The position numbers and the translations under genes were made by a program. Positions 38,470-47,631 of a stretch of 64,000 nucleotides of DNA are shown here, one piece after another. Positions within the stretch are counted from its first letter, which is position 1. Each line of letters opens with the position of its first letter. The DNA is from a bacterium (GTDB lineage Bacteria > Patescibacteriota > Dojkabacteria > JAKAPS01 > JAJZLI01): assembly GCA_021846685.1 (NCBI GenBank), contig JAJZWL010000005.1, positions 4,722-68,721 of the forward strand, written 5' to 3'. A model generated the notes under the pieces. It was not told the DNA's origin, made no database searches, and saw only the letters and a list, made by a program, of their open reading frames with translations.

Positions 38470-40463
38470 AAAAATATTTTTACATAAATCAATTCTTAAT
38501 TATTCTTCTGTATATATATCTTTTTATATTTCCATACAGTTATATCCCTTTTTTTATTATTTTACTATTGATATTAATTACATTTTTATATACCGATGGT
38601 AAAATTTTAAAAAAAATTATTAATTTATTTTTTAAATATACAGAGAGTATAAGGCGAACTTTTTTTGCTACTTTTATTCCAATTTTACTTTTTATTGCAT
38701 ATTCTTTCCATAATTTGCTATTGTTATTCTATTTGATATCTATTTTGATACTATTATTTTACTTATTTTTGTTTATAAAGTCATTATTTATTCTAAAAAA
38801 GATAAATTTAAAGTTATCGGCAACTAATTTGCCTCAGGAAAAAAATTTAGAAAGTATATTCTCTAAATTACCCCTCAATATATTATATGTATGTAGTAAA
38901 AAAGAGGTATTTCAAGAGATTCAAGTTAGTCATACTTTAAAAGATAATATAGTAGATATTGTACATATTAATTATCCAGATATAATGATTACTGAAGTTG
39001 AAAATACATCTAAAAAGAAATATAAAAAATATTTATTTATAGACTCATCTTTTGATTATTATGATAATATTATGCAGATTTTAAAGGATAATAAAGATAT
39101 TTCATTTAAATTTATTTTCAGAAATCCTTATAGATTTATGAATTTATCTTTAGTTTTATTAAAAATAGAATCCAATGATAAAAATCTTTTAAAAAGAATA
39201 AATACGTTATTTTCTGATAATCTACAAAAAGATCTAATATTTGATAATAAAAAATTATCAAAGGTATTTCATCCAATTGTCGACTCAGGGAATATAATTG
39301 ATGTAGTTGAATCAAGTTCCGAAATAAATGTACCCTTAAAAATATTAGATTCTAATAAAGGTGTATTAATGGGAATTAATCGTGGTAATAGAATTTATAT
39401 TTCACCTAAACATTTTTTATCACACAGTTATTTAATAGGAAAAACAGGGTCGGGTAAAAGTGTTTTTATGAGTAATATTATTATTCAAAATATAAAGAAA
39501 ATGAATCCATGTATTGTAATTGATCCTCATAATATTGCGGATATAATTTTGTCAAAATTGAATAAAAAAGATTTGAAGAATGTAGTTTTGGTCGATTTTT
39601 CTGATCTTAAATATTCTATTAATCCATTAGATTTAAGTAGTAGTAAAAATCCTTATCTTTTGATAGATAATACCGTATCTATATTTAAAGATCTTTATTC
39701 TGAATTTTGGGGTCCTCAAAGTGATGATATTTTAAGAAGAAGCCTGTCGGCGCTAATTTTTTCAGAAGAAGATTATTCTATTCTAGATTTAGAAGAATTT
39801 CTTACAGATGATCATTTTAGATTAAAAGTTCTTTTTTCTGTACATGATAGAGATACTTTAGATTATTTTGATAATATTTTTTCTAAATGGGATAATAGAT
39901 CTAGGTCAGAGAGAATCTCTCCTATTTTGAATAAAATAGGAAGACTAAAGTCTGATAAGTTTATATCACAATTTGTCTCTGGAAATAAAGATCTGCTAGA
40001 TTTAAAAACTCTTGTAAAAGAGGGCAAAAGTGTCATTTTTTCTGTATCAAAGAAGTTTGTAGGAGAAGAGAACTCTAAATTTTTAGGATCTCTTGTTATA
40101 AATCAAATTAGGAATGTTATTCTTCAAGAAGATATTAGCAGGCATATATACTTATATATAGACGAATTCCAGAATTTTATATCAGATAACTTCTTGTTTA
40201 TCTTTTCAGAATCAAGAAAATATAACTTATCAATATTTATAGCAAATCAATATATAGACCAAATAGATCAAAAGTACCTTTCTAGTATAATAGAGAATTG
40301 TTCTAATTTTTATGTAATGGATATAGGAGAAAATTCGAAGAAATATTTATCTCAAGTTCTAAAATTTGAGATACCTTCGAAAATATCTGAACATATTATT
40401 TATGCTAAAAATGGCAATAACCCTATCTATACAATTTATTCTTATGTTAAAAAGCATGGTTGA
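38466..40463 (+). CDS. Membrane-anchored FtsK/HerA/VirD4-superfamily P-loop ATPase, resembling a type IV coupling protein.
   Basis: An N-terminal block of about 120 aa with 3-4 TM helices. Walker A LIGKTGSGKS. Walker B IYLYIDEFQNF. About 665 aa, with TraG/VirD4-like architecture. Confidence 0.5.
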   Translation: MKKYFYINQFLIILLYIYLFIFPYSYIPFFIILLLILITFLYTDGKILKKIINLFFKYTESIRRTFFATFIPILLFIAYSFHNLLLLFYLISILILLFYLFLFIKSLFILKKINLKLSATNLPQEKNLESIFSKLPLNILYVCSKKEVFQEIQVSHTLKDNIVDIVHINYPDIMITEVENTSKKKYKKYLFIDSSFDYYDNIMQILKDNKDISFKFIFRNPYRFMNLSLVLLKIESNDKNLLKRINTLFSDNLQKDLIFDNKKLSKVFHPIVDSGNIIDVVESSSEINVPLKILDSNKGVLMGINRGNRIYISPKHFLSHSYLIGKTGSGKSVFMSNIIIQNIKKMNPCIVIDPHNIADIILSKLNKKDLKNVVLVDFSDLKYSINPLDLSSSKNPYLLIDNTVSIFKDLYSEFWGPQSDDILRRSLSALIFSEEDYSILDLEEFLTDDHFRLKVLFSVHDRDTLDYFDNIFSKWDNRSRSERISPILNKIGRLKSDKFISQFVSGNKDLLDLKTLVKEGKSVIFSVSKKFVGEENSKFLGSLVINQIRNVILQEDISRHIYLYIDEFQNFISDNFLFIFSESRKYNLSIFIANQYIDQIDQKYLSSIIENCSNFYVMDIGENSKKYLSQVLKFEIPSKISEHIIYAKNGNNPIYTIYSYVKKHG

Positions 40464-40905
40464 CAAGTTGATACTTACAATATATTCGAAAATAGACTTT
40501 TATCCAGAAGCAATAAGGATTAAATCAGATATTGAAAATTCAGGATATCTTTGTTTTTTGCCATTTGAAGAAGGGTATAATTCTCTGCTAGTAGGTAAAA
40601 ATGGGGATATTGATTATAAATTGTTATCTAAAATGAAAAATAAAAATAATTATTTAAAAAAAGAATTTGAATATATAAATTCTTCTCATGCTATTTTGCT
40701 TTTAAATTATAGTTGGAATAATATTGACGGATATATAGGCTCTAATATGTTTTTGCAAATTGGTATTGCATATATATTAAAAAAGAAAATATTTATACTA
40801 AATACTTTAAATGATTCTCAAATAGGATTAAAAAATGAAATAATGTTAATGAATCCTATTGTTCTTAAGGGAAATGTAAATAAAATAAAAAATTACCTGT
40901 TTTAG
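40457..40905 (+). CDS. Small hypothetical protein, possibly with a nucleoside 2-deoxyribosyltransferase-like (Rossmann/flavodoxin-like) fold.
   Basis: The internal ATG at 40457 overlaps the upstream stop (ATGGTTGA). The track ORF 40366..40905 would overlap the ATPase by about 100 bp. SHAILLLNYS..NIDGYIGSNMFLQIGIAYILKKKIFIL weakly resembles the NDT-family core. Confidence 0.3.
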
Positions 40906-40907
40906 TT

Positions 40908-41636
40908 ATGTATAGCAATATTAGTAATAAAGATTTAGAATTATTAACTTTTATAAATGAACATCCTTGCCTTTCAAGTCAGGATATAAGTCTTTTTTTC
41001 GATATTAAACTTTTTACGCTAAGAACTAGGCTAAGAGTTCTTTGTGAATATAAATTTATATCTTTTTTAACAGTGTCTAGTTTTAAGGGGTTTAAATATT
41101 ATTTTTCTACCAAAAAGGGCAATAAAATGATAATAAAAGCTTCTAATAAATTTAATAAATTTGATACTTCTGAAAAAAAGCTTTTTTTACGTCATATTAT
41201 TGAATCTAATGACTTTTTTATACATTTGAAGAAAATTTCATTAGATAATGGATATAATTTTTCAGATTGGGTATCGGATGTTAACACTGCCATACTATTT
41301 AAATATAATGGTTCTTCATATAAATTAATTCCAGATGGATACTGTATGTTTAAAGATATCAATATATATTTAGAGTTAGATAGATCTACTGAGTCATTTT
41401 TCAAGATATTAAGAAAAATAGAAGTATATTCTAATTTTTATCTTTCTATGGGATATAAAAAATATTTTTCTGAATTTCCTATGGTTATATTTATATTTCC
41501 TGATTTAAAAAGGGCTAAATTTATTCAAGATAAAGTAGAGGCTTATATAACGTTAAAAAAATATAAAGAGGAGCTAAATTTTTTCTATTTTTTTGATAAA
41601 TTAGACTTTTATAAAAATACTGAGAAATATTTATGA
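40908..41636 (+). CDS. Replication-relaxation family protein (putative plasmid or ICE relaxase/regulator with an N-terminal winged helix).
   Basis: The N-terminus LELLTFINEHPCLSSQDISLFF..LRTRLRVLCEYKFIS is winged-helix-like. The C-terminal LIPDGYCMFKD..IYLELDRSTES matches the PDa..ElDrGTE signature of the Replic_Relax family. Confidence 0.5.
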   Translation: MYSNISNKDLELLTFINEHPCLSSQDISLFFDIKLFTLRTRLRVLCEYKFISFLTVSSFKGFKYYFSTKKGNKMIIKASNKFNKFDTSEKKLFLRHIIESNDFFIHLKKISLDNGYNFSDWVSDVNTAILFKYNGSSYKLIPDGYCMFKDINIYLELDRSTESFFKILRKIEVYSNFYLSMGYKKYFSEFPMVIFIFPDLKRAKFIQDKVEAYITLKKYKEELNFFYFFDKLDFYKNTEKYL

Positions 41637-41648
41637 TATAATTTTATT

Positions 41649-42437
41649 ATGAATAAAGAGTATGTACTAATAACAGGAGCAACTAGCGGAATAGGGTATG
41701 AATTAATGCTTCTTTTTGCCAAAAATAAATATAATTTACTCTTAGTATCCAGAAACAAAGAAAAACTTAAAAATATAAAAACAAAAATTGAAAAAAAATA
41801 TAAAATCCATATTGAATATTTAGATATAGATCTATCAGAGTCTGATTCTGCAGAAAAAGTTTATTATTTTATTACAAACAATAAATTAAATATCTCAATA
41901 TTAATTAATAATTCGGGGTTCGGACTAAAAGGGAAATTTGAAGAGAATGATCTTCAAAAATATGAAGAAATGGTTAATCTTAATATTTTAACATTAACTA
42001 AATTGACCTATTTGGTACTTCAAGACATGAAAAAGAGAAAGAAAGGTAAAATTTTAAATCTTGCTTCAGTAGCTGCATTTCTTCCTGGTCCATATATGAG
42101 TGTTTATTTTGCTACGAAAGCGTATGTGCTTTCGTTCTCGGAGGCTTTGTTTTTTGAAAATTCTGCTGATAATATTACTATTACAGCTTTATGTCCTGGA
42201 TCTACTAAAACAAACTTTGCCTCAGTTGCAGGATTCAAAAGTAAAGATTCTTTTAATAAAAATGCAATGAGTGCTTCTCAAGTAGCTTTGATTGGATATA
42301 AAGGGTTAATGAAAGGAAAACGAGTTGTTATAGCAGGAGGGTTAAATAACTTTTCTGTATTTTTCATTAAATTTATTCCAAATCGATTAATTGGCAAAAT
42401 GATTCTCAGGTTTAATAATTCAAGTTCAGCTAATTAA
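41649..42437 (+). CDS. Short-chain dehydrogenase/reductase (SDR).
   Basis: The N-terminal ITGATSGIG is the NAD(P)-binding motif. NNSG and the catalytic YFATKAY (Y-x-x-x-K) are present. Confidence 0.85.
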   Translation: MNKEYVLITGATSGIGYELMLLFAKNKYNLLLVSRNKEKLKNIKTKIEKKYKIHIEYLDIDLSESDSAEKVYYFITNNKLNISILINNSGFGLKGKFEENDLQKYEEMVNLNILTLTKLTYLVLQDMKKRKKGKILNLASVAAFLPGPYMSVYFATKAYVLSFSEALFFENSADNITITALCPGSTKTNFASVAGFKSKDSFNKNAMSASQVALIGYKGLMKGKRVVIAGGLNNFSVFFIKFIPNRLIGKMILRFNNSSSAN

Positions 42438-42470
42438 ATCAGTTATAATCTAGTTTAGTATTATAAATTT

Positions 42471-43088
42471 TTAGAGTAATTTAGATTGCTCTTTGAAAAA
42501 AATTTTTACTTCATCCCAACTAACATTAGATATAAGATTGATTAAAGTATGATCATTGTCTGCCATTTCAAAAAAAGTTAAAGATTTTATGTAATGAAAC
42601 TGATTAATATCATTTTCACCAAATTTTTTTGAAAATATATTAAATAGATCTGTAATTTTATAGTAATTTTTCAAAATGAAATATAAATCATAAAAATCTT
42701 TTTTTAAACCTCTGCTACCAATTGCTATTATTTTCATAAGGGCAATATCTTTTATTGAAGCTAAATAAATATTATTATATATTTCCTTTTTATCTATAAG
42801 TGGATATTGATAAAGAAAAAAACTTATTTCACACTCATTGGAAAAACCTCGTAAACTTCCTTCTGTAATTGTAACTTTCTTTAATTTAAGCACTCTATTT
42901 AGCGATTTTAATAGCATATCACTATCAAATGTATTATGAGTAAAAAAATCTAAATCATAAGAGATTCTATGTCCAATTTGCAATGAGAGAGCTGTTCCAC
43001 CAGCAAGGTAAAAATTATTTATAGTTTTTATATCTTTTAGTAAGGCCAGAGCATTTTTTGCTCCGGTGTTGATTGTCTTGTCAAACAT
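42471..43088 (-). CDS. Nucleotidyltransferase toxin of the AbiEii/AbiGii (DUF1814) family.
   Basis: FYLAGGTALSLQIGHRISYDLDFFT matches the conserved GGTAL...R.S.DiDf core of AbiEii. Confidence 0.6.
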   Translation of the reverse strand: MFDKTINTGAKNALALLKDIKTINNFYLAGGTALSLQIGHRISYDLDFFTHNTFDSDMLLKSLNRVLKLKKVTITEGSLRGFSNECEISFFLYQYPLIDKKEIYNNIYLASIKDIALMKIIAIGSRGLKKDFYDLYFILKNYYKITDLFNIFSKKFGENDINQFHYIKSLTFFEMADNDHTLINLISNVSWDEVKIFFKEQSKLL

Positions 43089-43363
43089 GAAATAGGATTT
43101 GAAATATTAAAATAATTTTTAAAGAAGTATGCTGTGCGCCTACTTATTTCACTAGAATGAATAATAGTATCTATAATTTCTTTATCTGAAAATAATTTTT
43201 TAATTTCTTTAAAATCTTTTAAAGTTCCTTGGTCAAGTACTCGCCCTATTATATAATTTTTATCTTTATGGATGTCTAATTCTTTAAATTTAACATCATA
43301 AAAATATCGTTCAAATTCCTTAGGTATCATAGAATCATTATAGCAAACAGGCCAGTAATACAC
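43037..43363 (-). CDS. Putative cognate antitoxin/partner of the AbiEii-like gene.
   Basis: A 108-aa ORF immediately upstream that overlaps the toxin start by about 50 bp in the track annotation. No motif was recognised. Confidence 0.35.
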   Translation of the reverse strand: MYYWPVCYNDSMIPKEFERYFYDVKFKELDIHKDKNYIIGRVLDQGTLKDFKEIKKLFSDKEIIDTIIHSSEISRRTAYFFKNYFNISNPISCLTRQSTPEQKMLWPY

Positions 43364-43571
43364 AATTAACTATATTGTTGTTTTATATAACTTGAAACAC
43401 TGATTCTTGAAATATTAAGTTTTTTTATATATACTAGGTTTCTATGAAAAGAAAAAAAGGAAGAATAAAAGAGAAATTAAAAGCAAAAGAGCAAAGAATT
43501 TCTATTAATAAGAGAAAAAGAGCTAGGTTATTAGCTGCTGAAGAAAAAAAATAGATATTTTTAATCTGCGT

Positions 43572-44330
43572 CTATAATAGTCCCCATTTTTTAATGTAAT
43601 CAATATACCCTTTGTAAAGAAGTACTTTTCTTTTATATCCAAGTTTTTTTGTGGTTTGTCCATATAGGTGAGTAACTTTTGCTTCAGACAGAAAATAAGT
43701 GTTTATTCTATGTTTTTTCATTTTTCTGAAAAAATCCACATCATTAAAATATAAAGGAAATTGTTCATCAAAAAGTCCATATTTGTCTAAAACAGATTTT
43801 CTTATTAAGATACATGTAGCTTGAGGCTGATTAACTTCTCTTGAGTCATTATGATCCCAATAAGATAATTTATATTCACCAAAAATTTTTGATTTTTTAG
43901 TTAAATCAAAAAAACTTTTCATTACATTTATAAAAGTTGGAAAATTCCTACATGATTTTTGGATACTATTGTCTTTATTTAGTAATTGTGGTGCAGCTAT
44001 AGAGTATTTTTGATTATTATCTAAGAAAACTTTTAATTTTGTGATTGCATTATCTTTGACAATAGTATCAGATCCTAAAAGTAATATATATTTACCTTTT
44101 GAATGTAAGTATCCAATATTATTAGCTTTTGCAAAGTAGGTATTTTTTTTGTTTTGGATAACTTTTAAATTTTTATACTGAAGTTCTAATTTTTTAATTT
44201 TTATACTGTCATTAGAACTATTGTTAATAAGTATTATTTCATAGGTAAAATCTAGATTTTTAATACTTTCTATACACTTTTTTGTTAGATTATATGTATT
44301 CCAATTAACTATAATTATAGATAATTCCAT
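43572..44330 (-). CDS. Family 2 glycosyltransferase.
   Basis: LSIIIVNWNTYNLT...ILINNSSND...GSD...C-terminal FNDVDF. Confidence 0.8.
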   Translation of the reverse strand: MELSIIIVNWNTYNLTKKCIESIKNLDFTYEIILINNSSNDSIKIKKLELQYKNLKVIQNKKNTYFAKANNIGYLHSKGKYILLLGSDTIVKDNAITKLKVFLDNNQKYSIAAPQLLNKDNSIQKSCRNFPTFINVMKSFFDLTKKSKIFGEYKLSYWDHNDSREVNQPQATCILIRKSVLDKYGLFDEQFPLYFNDVDFFRKMKKHRINTYFLSEAKVTHLYGQTTKKLGYKRKVLLYKGYIDYIKKWGLL

Positions 44331-44333
44331 GAT

Positions 44334-45050
44334 TTATTTATAAATATGATTATATTTGTTTTTTAATTTATTAATTCTGTGAAAGTATTCAAATATATCT
44401 TTTATTGAAAGTTTTGAGGCTCCCAGAGTCCTATCTTTAAACTCAATAGGTATCTCTTTTATTTTTAAATTCTTTTTATAGAAATAATAGAGTATTTCTA
44501 CCTGGAAAAGATATCCATTAGATTTTATATTTCGAATTATTTCTTTATCAAAAACACTCGCTTTGATTATTTTAAATCCTGAAGTACAGTCATTGTAAGG
44601 GAGTTTTAATATTTTCTTTGTAAAAGCATTTCCGAATTTTGAATTCATTCTCCTAGAAAAGCTCCACTCCTTAGGTATACTTCCTCCTTCTGTGTACCTA
44701 GATCCAATCACTACATCATATTTGGAAGAATAGTTTATGAATTCTTTTAAATATTTAGGATCATGAGATAAATCTGCATCCATTTGAATAATATATTTTG
44801 CATGCATTTTCTCTATTGCATACAAAAATCCTCTTTTATAGGCATCTCCTAACCCTTTTTTGTCCCCTTCTATAAGATGGATATGGTTATTTCTTTTTTG
44901 AGCCTTTTTAATATAGTCTGCAGTTTTATCAGGAGATTTATCATCTACAAAAAGTATATCCACATCAAGTTTTGTTGCAAAAATCTTTTTTATAATTTTC
45001 TCTATATTGAGTCTTTCGTTATATGTAGGTATTATTATTACATATTTCAC
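44334..45050 (-). CDS. Polyprenol-phosphate glycosyltransferase (DPM1/GtrB-like soluble GT2).
   Basis: YVIIIPTYNERLNIEKII...ILFVDDKSPDKTADYI...IIQMDADLSHDPKYL is the classic Dpm1-like signature. Confidence 0.8.
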   Translation of the reverse strand: MKYVIIIPTYNERLNIEKIIKKIFATKLDVDILFVDDKSPDKTADYIKKAQKRNNHIHLIEGDKKGLGDAYKRGFLYAIEKMHAKYIIQMDADLSHDPKYLKEFINYSSKYDVVIGSRYTEGGSIPKEWSFSRRMNSKFGNAFTKKILKLPYNDCTSGFKIIKASVFDKEIIRNIKSNGYLFQVEILYYFYKKNLKIKEIPIEFKDRTLGASKLSIKDIFEYFHRINKLKNKYNHIYK

Positions 45051-45180
45051 TTTATTTAGGAGTATATAAGATAATAGAACATTATAGCATTTTTATATTA
45101 AAATTGATTAATTTTATGGATATATCGAAAGGCTTTTAGATTAAAAATTTTAATGTTATACTTTCAAAAAAAACATAATT

Positions 45181-46989
45181 ATGACAATAAAAAACTTTTT
45201 TAGTAGTATTCAGAAAAATAGTACATCCTTTTTTATAAAAAGACAAAATACTATAGTTTCAGCTGCCTTTATAATAATGGCTGTTACAGCAATTTCTAAG
45301 ATTTTAGGCCTTTTTAAATTAACACTATTGGCTAATATTTTTGGATTATCACGTAGTTTAGATATTTTTTATGCAGCAGATTCTATTCCTCAAATATTTT
45401 TTAATATATTAGTTTTAGGATCTTTTAATACTGCACTTATTCCTGTAATAGGGGAGTTGGTATTTAAAAAGAAAAGTGAGACTATGTGGAAAGTATTTAA
45501 TTCATTTTTAAATATATTTGCATTAATATTACTTGTAGTTGGTATATTAGGTATAATCTTTGCAAGAGAAGTAGCAGAATTATTTATTTATTTGGCAGCA
45601 GCATATAGATCTTCTACAATTCCAAACTTTAGACCTTCAGATATTACTTTAATATCTTCTTTAATGCAGATACTTTTTATATCTCCTATTATCCTGGGTA
45701 TTTCATTTATATTTAGCTCTTTATTGCAAGTATATAAAAGATTTCTAGTGACTCAGGTTGCTACTGTTCTATATAATTTAGGCTTCATAATAGGAATACT
45801 ATTTTTTACTCCATTTTTAGGAATCTATGGTCTTTGTTGGGGAATAGTATTAGGAAGTGTTCTTCATTTATTAGTTCAATTTCCAGTAGCAAAATATCTA
45901 GGATTTAGTTATAAAAGTGCAATTTTAGGTTTTAAGAATAAATATATAAAGGAACTATTTGTACTTTCTTTACCTAGATTTATAGGGATAGCTTTTTCTC
46001 AATTAGCATACTTTGTAGAATCTTTTATTGCTTTTGCTTTAGTTCCAGGATCTTTAACTGCATTTAATTGGGCTACTAGTTTGTATCTTTTTCCTGTAGC
46101 TGTAATAGGATGGAGTTTTGCGCAAGCATCTTTTCCTACCCTTGCCGAGGAGTCTTCTGCAAATATGTTAGAGACTTTCAAGAAAACTGTCTCGAAAACT
46201 GTAAATCAGACTTTATTTTTTGTTATTCCTATCTTTGTGGTCATCTTAATTTTAAGGCTTCCTATAGTTCGATTAATTTTAGGGCCAGGATCCAATAGTA
46301 AATTTGGATGGAATGATACAATATTAACATCTTGGATACTTTTATTTTTGTCTTTATCTATCATTGGTCAAGCGATTCTATCAATACTTATAAGAGCTTT
46401 TTATTCTTTAAAGGATACAAAAACTCCAGTTATTGTTGAAATATTGACTTTTATTTTAAATATAATATTAGCTTTATATTTTGTCCGAGTTTTTGGGAAT
46501 TTCCCTGTAATATCTCCTACTATTGGGAATATATTTAATATTAATAACTATATACATTTTAATAGTAAATTTACATGGAAAGCTATTGGTGGGTTAGGAT
46601 TTGCATCAGGGATAGCTGTTACACTAAATGTACTAGTATTAATATATCTTTTAGGTAAAAGGTTAAAAGGATTTTCTTTTAAAGAATTTTATCTTCCTGC
46701 TATAAAGAAACTTTCAAGTGGAGCTTTTATGTCGGTTGTAATGTATTTTGTATATAAGCTTTTGTCTACAATATTTAATACATCAAAAACTGTGGATGTT
46801 ATATTTCTATTTTTGATTACTATATATATAGGTTTATCGGCATATTTTATAGCAGCCTTCGTATTAAATGATTCTGATTTAGATCTTTTAACAAGAGGAG
46901 TATATGCTTTTAGAGATATTCTTTATGGTAAAAAATTAAAAGGTATATCAGGTGTTGATGACAGTATATCTAATTCCCCAGAGAGTTAA
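45181..46989 (+). CDS. murJ: MurJ/MviN-like MOP-superfamily flippase (lipid II or polysaccharide precursor).
   Basis: The N-terminal region KILGLFKLTLLANIFGLSRSLDIFYAADSIPQIFFNILVLGSFNTALIPV matches the conserved MurJ N-terminus (G..R...lA..fG.....DaF..A..iP..l......Ga...AfiP). About 14 TM helices. Confidence 0.7.
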   Translation: MTIKNFFSSIQKNSTSFFIKRQNTIVSAAFIIMAVTAISKILGLFKLTLLANIFGLSRSLDIFYAADSIPQIFFNILVLGSFNTALIPVIGELVFKKKSETMWKVFNSFLNIFALILLVVGILGIIFAREVAELFIYLAAAYRSSTIPNFRPSDITLISSLMQILFISPIILGISFIFSSLLQVYKRFLVTQVATVLYNLGFIIGILFFTPFLGIYGLCWGIVLGSVLHLLVQFPVAKYLGFSYKSAILGFKNKYIKELFVLSLPRFIGIAFSQLAYFVESFIAFALVPGSLTAFNWATSLYLFPVAVIGWSFAQASFPTLAEESSANMLETFKKTVSKTVNQTLFFVIPIFVVILILRLPIVRLILGPGSNSKFGWNDTILTSWILLFLSLSIIGQAILSILIRAFYSLKDTKTPVIVEILTFILNIILALYFVRVFGNFPVISPTIGNIFNINNYIHFNSKFTWKAIGGLGFASGIAVTLNVLVLIYLLGKRLKGFSFKEFYLPAIKKLSSGAFMSVVMYFVYKLLSTIFNTSKTVDVIFLFLITIYIGLSAYFIAAFVLNDSDLDLLTRGVYAFRDILYGKKLKGISGVDDSISNSPES

Positions 46990-47213
46990 GTATTGTACTT
47001 ATCTTGCATAATAAATTATCTTTCATTACTATATTTTTTGAATCTATACTATATATTGTATTGCTTATATTGTTAATATCAATATTAAATACTTGTAGTG
47101 CAATACATTCATAATTATATTTATTATAAACTTCCGAAACCTTACGATCAGGGTTTTAAGTGAGGAGTCTATAAATATAGTGCAAATGTAAAGTATTTGT
47201 CAGCAAAGGTTAT

Positions 47214-47242
47214 TGACAATTGCTTTATATCTCTGTTAATAT
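47214..47242 (+). promoter_or_regulatory. Sigma70-like promoter upstream of groES (TTGACA-17-TAATAT).
   Basis: Read directly from the sequence. No CIRCE-type inverted repeat (TTAGCACTC-N9-GAGTGCTAA) was seen in this region. Confidence 0.3.
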
Positions 47243-47298
47243 TACATTTGGCAAACAAATAATTATATTGCTAAATTTATTTTATCTATATTACAAAT

Positions 47299-47601
47299 AT
47301 GTCAAATACTTTAAAAATTAAACCTATTGGAGATAAGATCGTTGTAAAGCCAATTACAGAAGAAAATACAACAAAAACAGGAATAGTAATTCCTGATACA
47401 GTATCTAAAGAGTCTCCTCAACGAGGTGAAGTAGTTGCATTGGGAACTGGAAAAAGAAATCGTAAAGGAGATGTTATCCCTTTTGTAGTAAAATTAGGAG
47501 AGATAGTTTTGTTCAAGAAATATTCTCCAACAGAATTCAAATTAGATAATGAAGATTACTTAATAATGTCAGAAGATGATGTATTAGGAATTATTCAATA
47601 A
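47299..47601 (+). CDS. groES: Co-chaperonin GroES.
   Basis: A 100-aa protein with IKPIGDKIVVKP...GIVIPDT...GEVVALGTG, typical of GroES, located immediately upstream of groEL. Confidence 0.95.
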   Translation: MSNTLKIKPIGDKIVVKPITEENTTKTGIVIPDTVSKESPQRGEVVALGTGKRNRKGDVIPFVVKLGEIVLFKKYSPTEFKLDNEDYLIMSEDDVLGIIQ

Positions 47602-47631
47602 AATTAAATTTATTTTAGATATTAAAAAATT

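Noticed and set aside
43444-43551. A 35-aa Lys/Arg-rich ORF (MKRKKGRIKEKLKAKEQRISINKRKRARLLAAEEKK) between the AbiE-like pair and a GT2 gene.
   Set aside because: No RBS was found, the composition is extremely biased in an A-rich intergenic region, and there is no conservation evidence. It is probably spurious, though a small basic peptide cannot be excluded.
46990-47298. Searched for a CIRCE/HrcA operator (TTAGCACTC-N9-GAGTGCTAA) upstream of groES.
   Set aside because: No such inverted repeat is present; only a sigma70-like promoter was seen.
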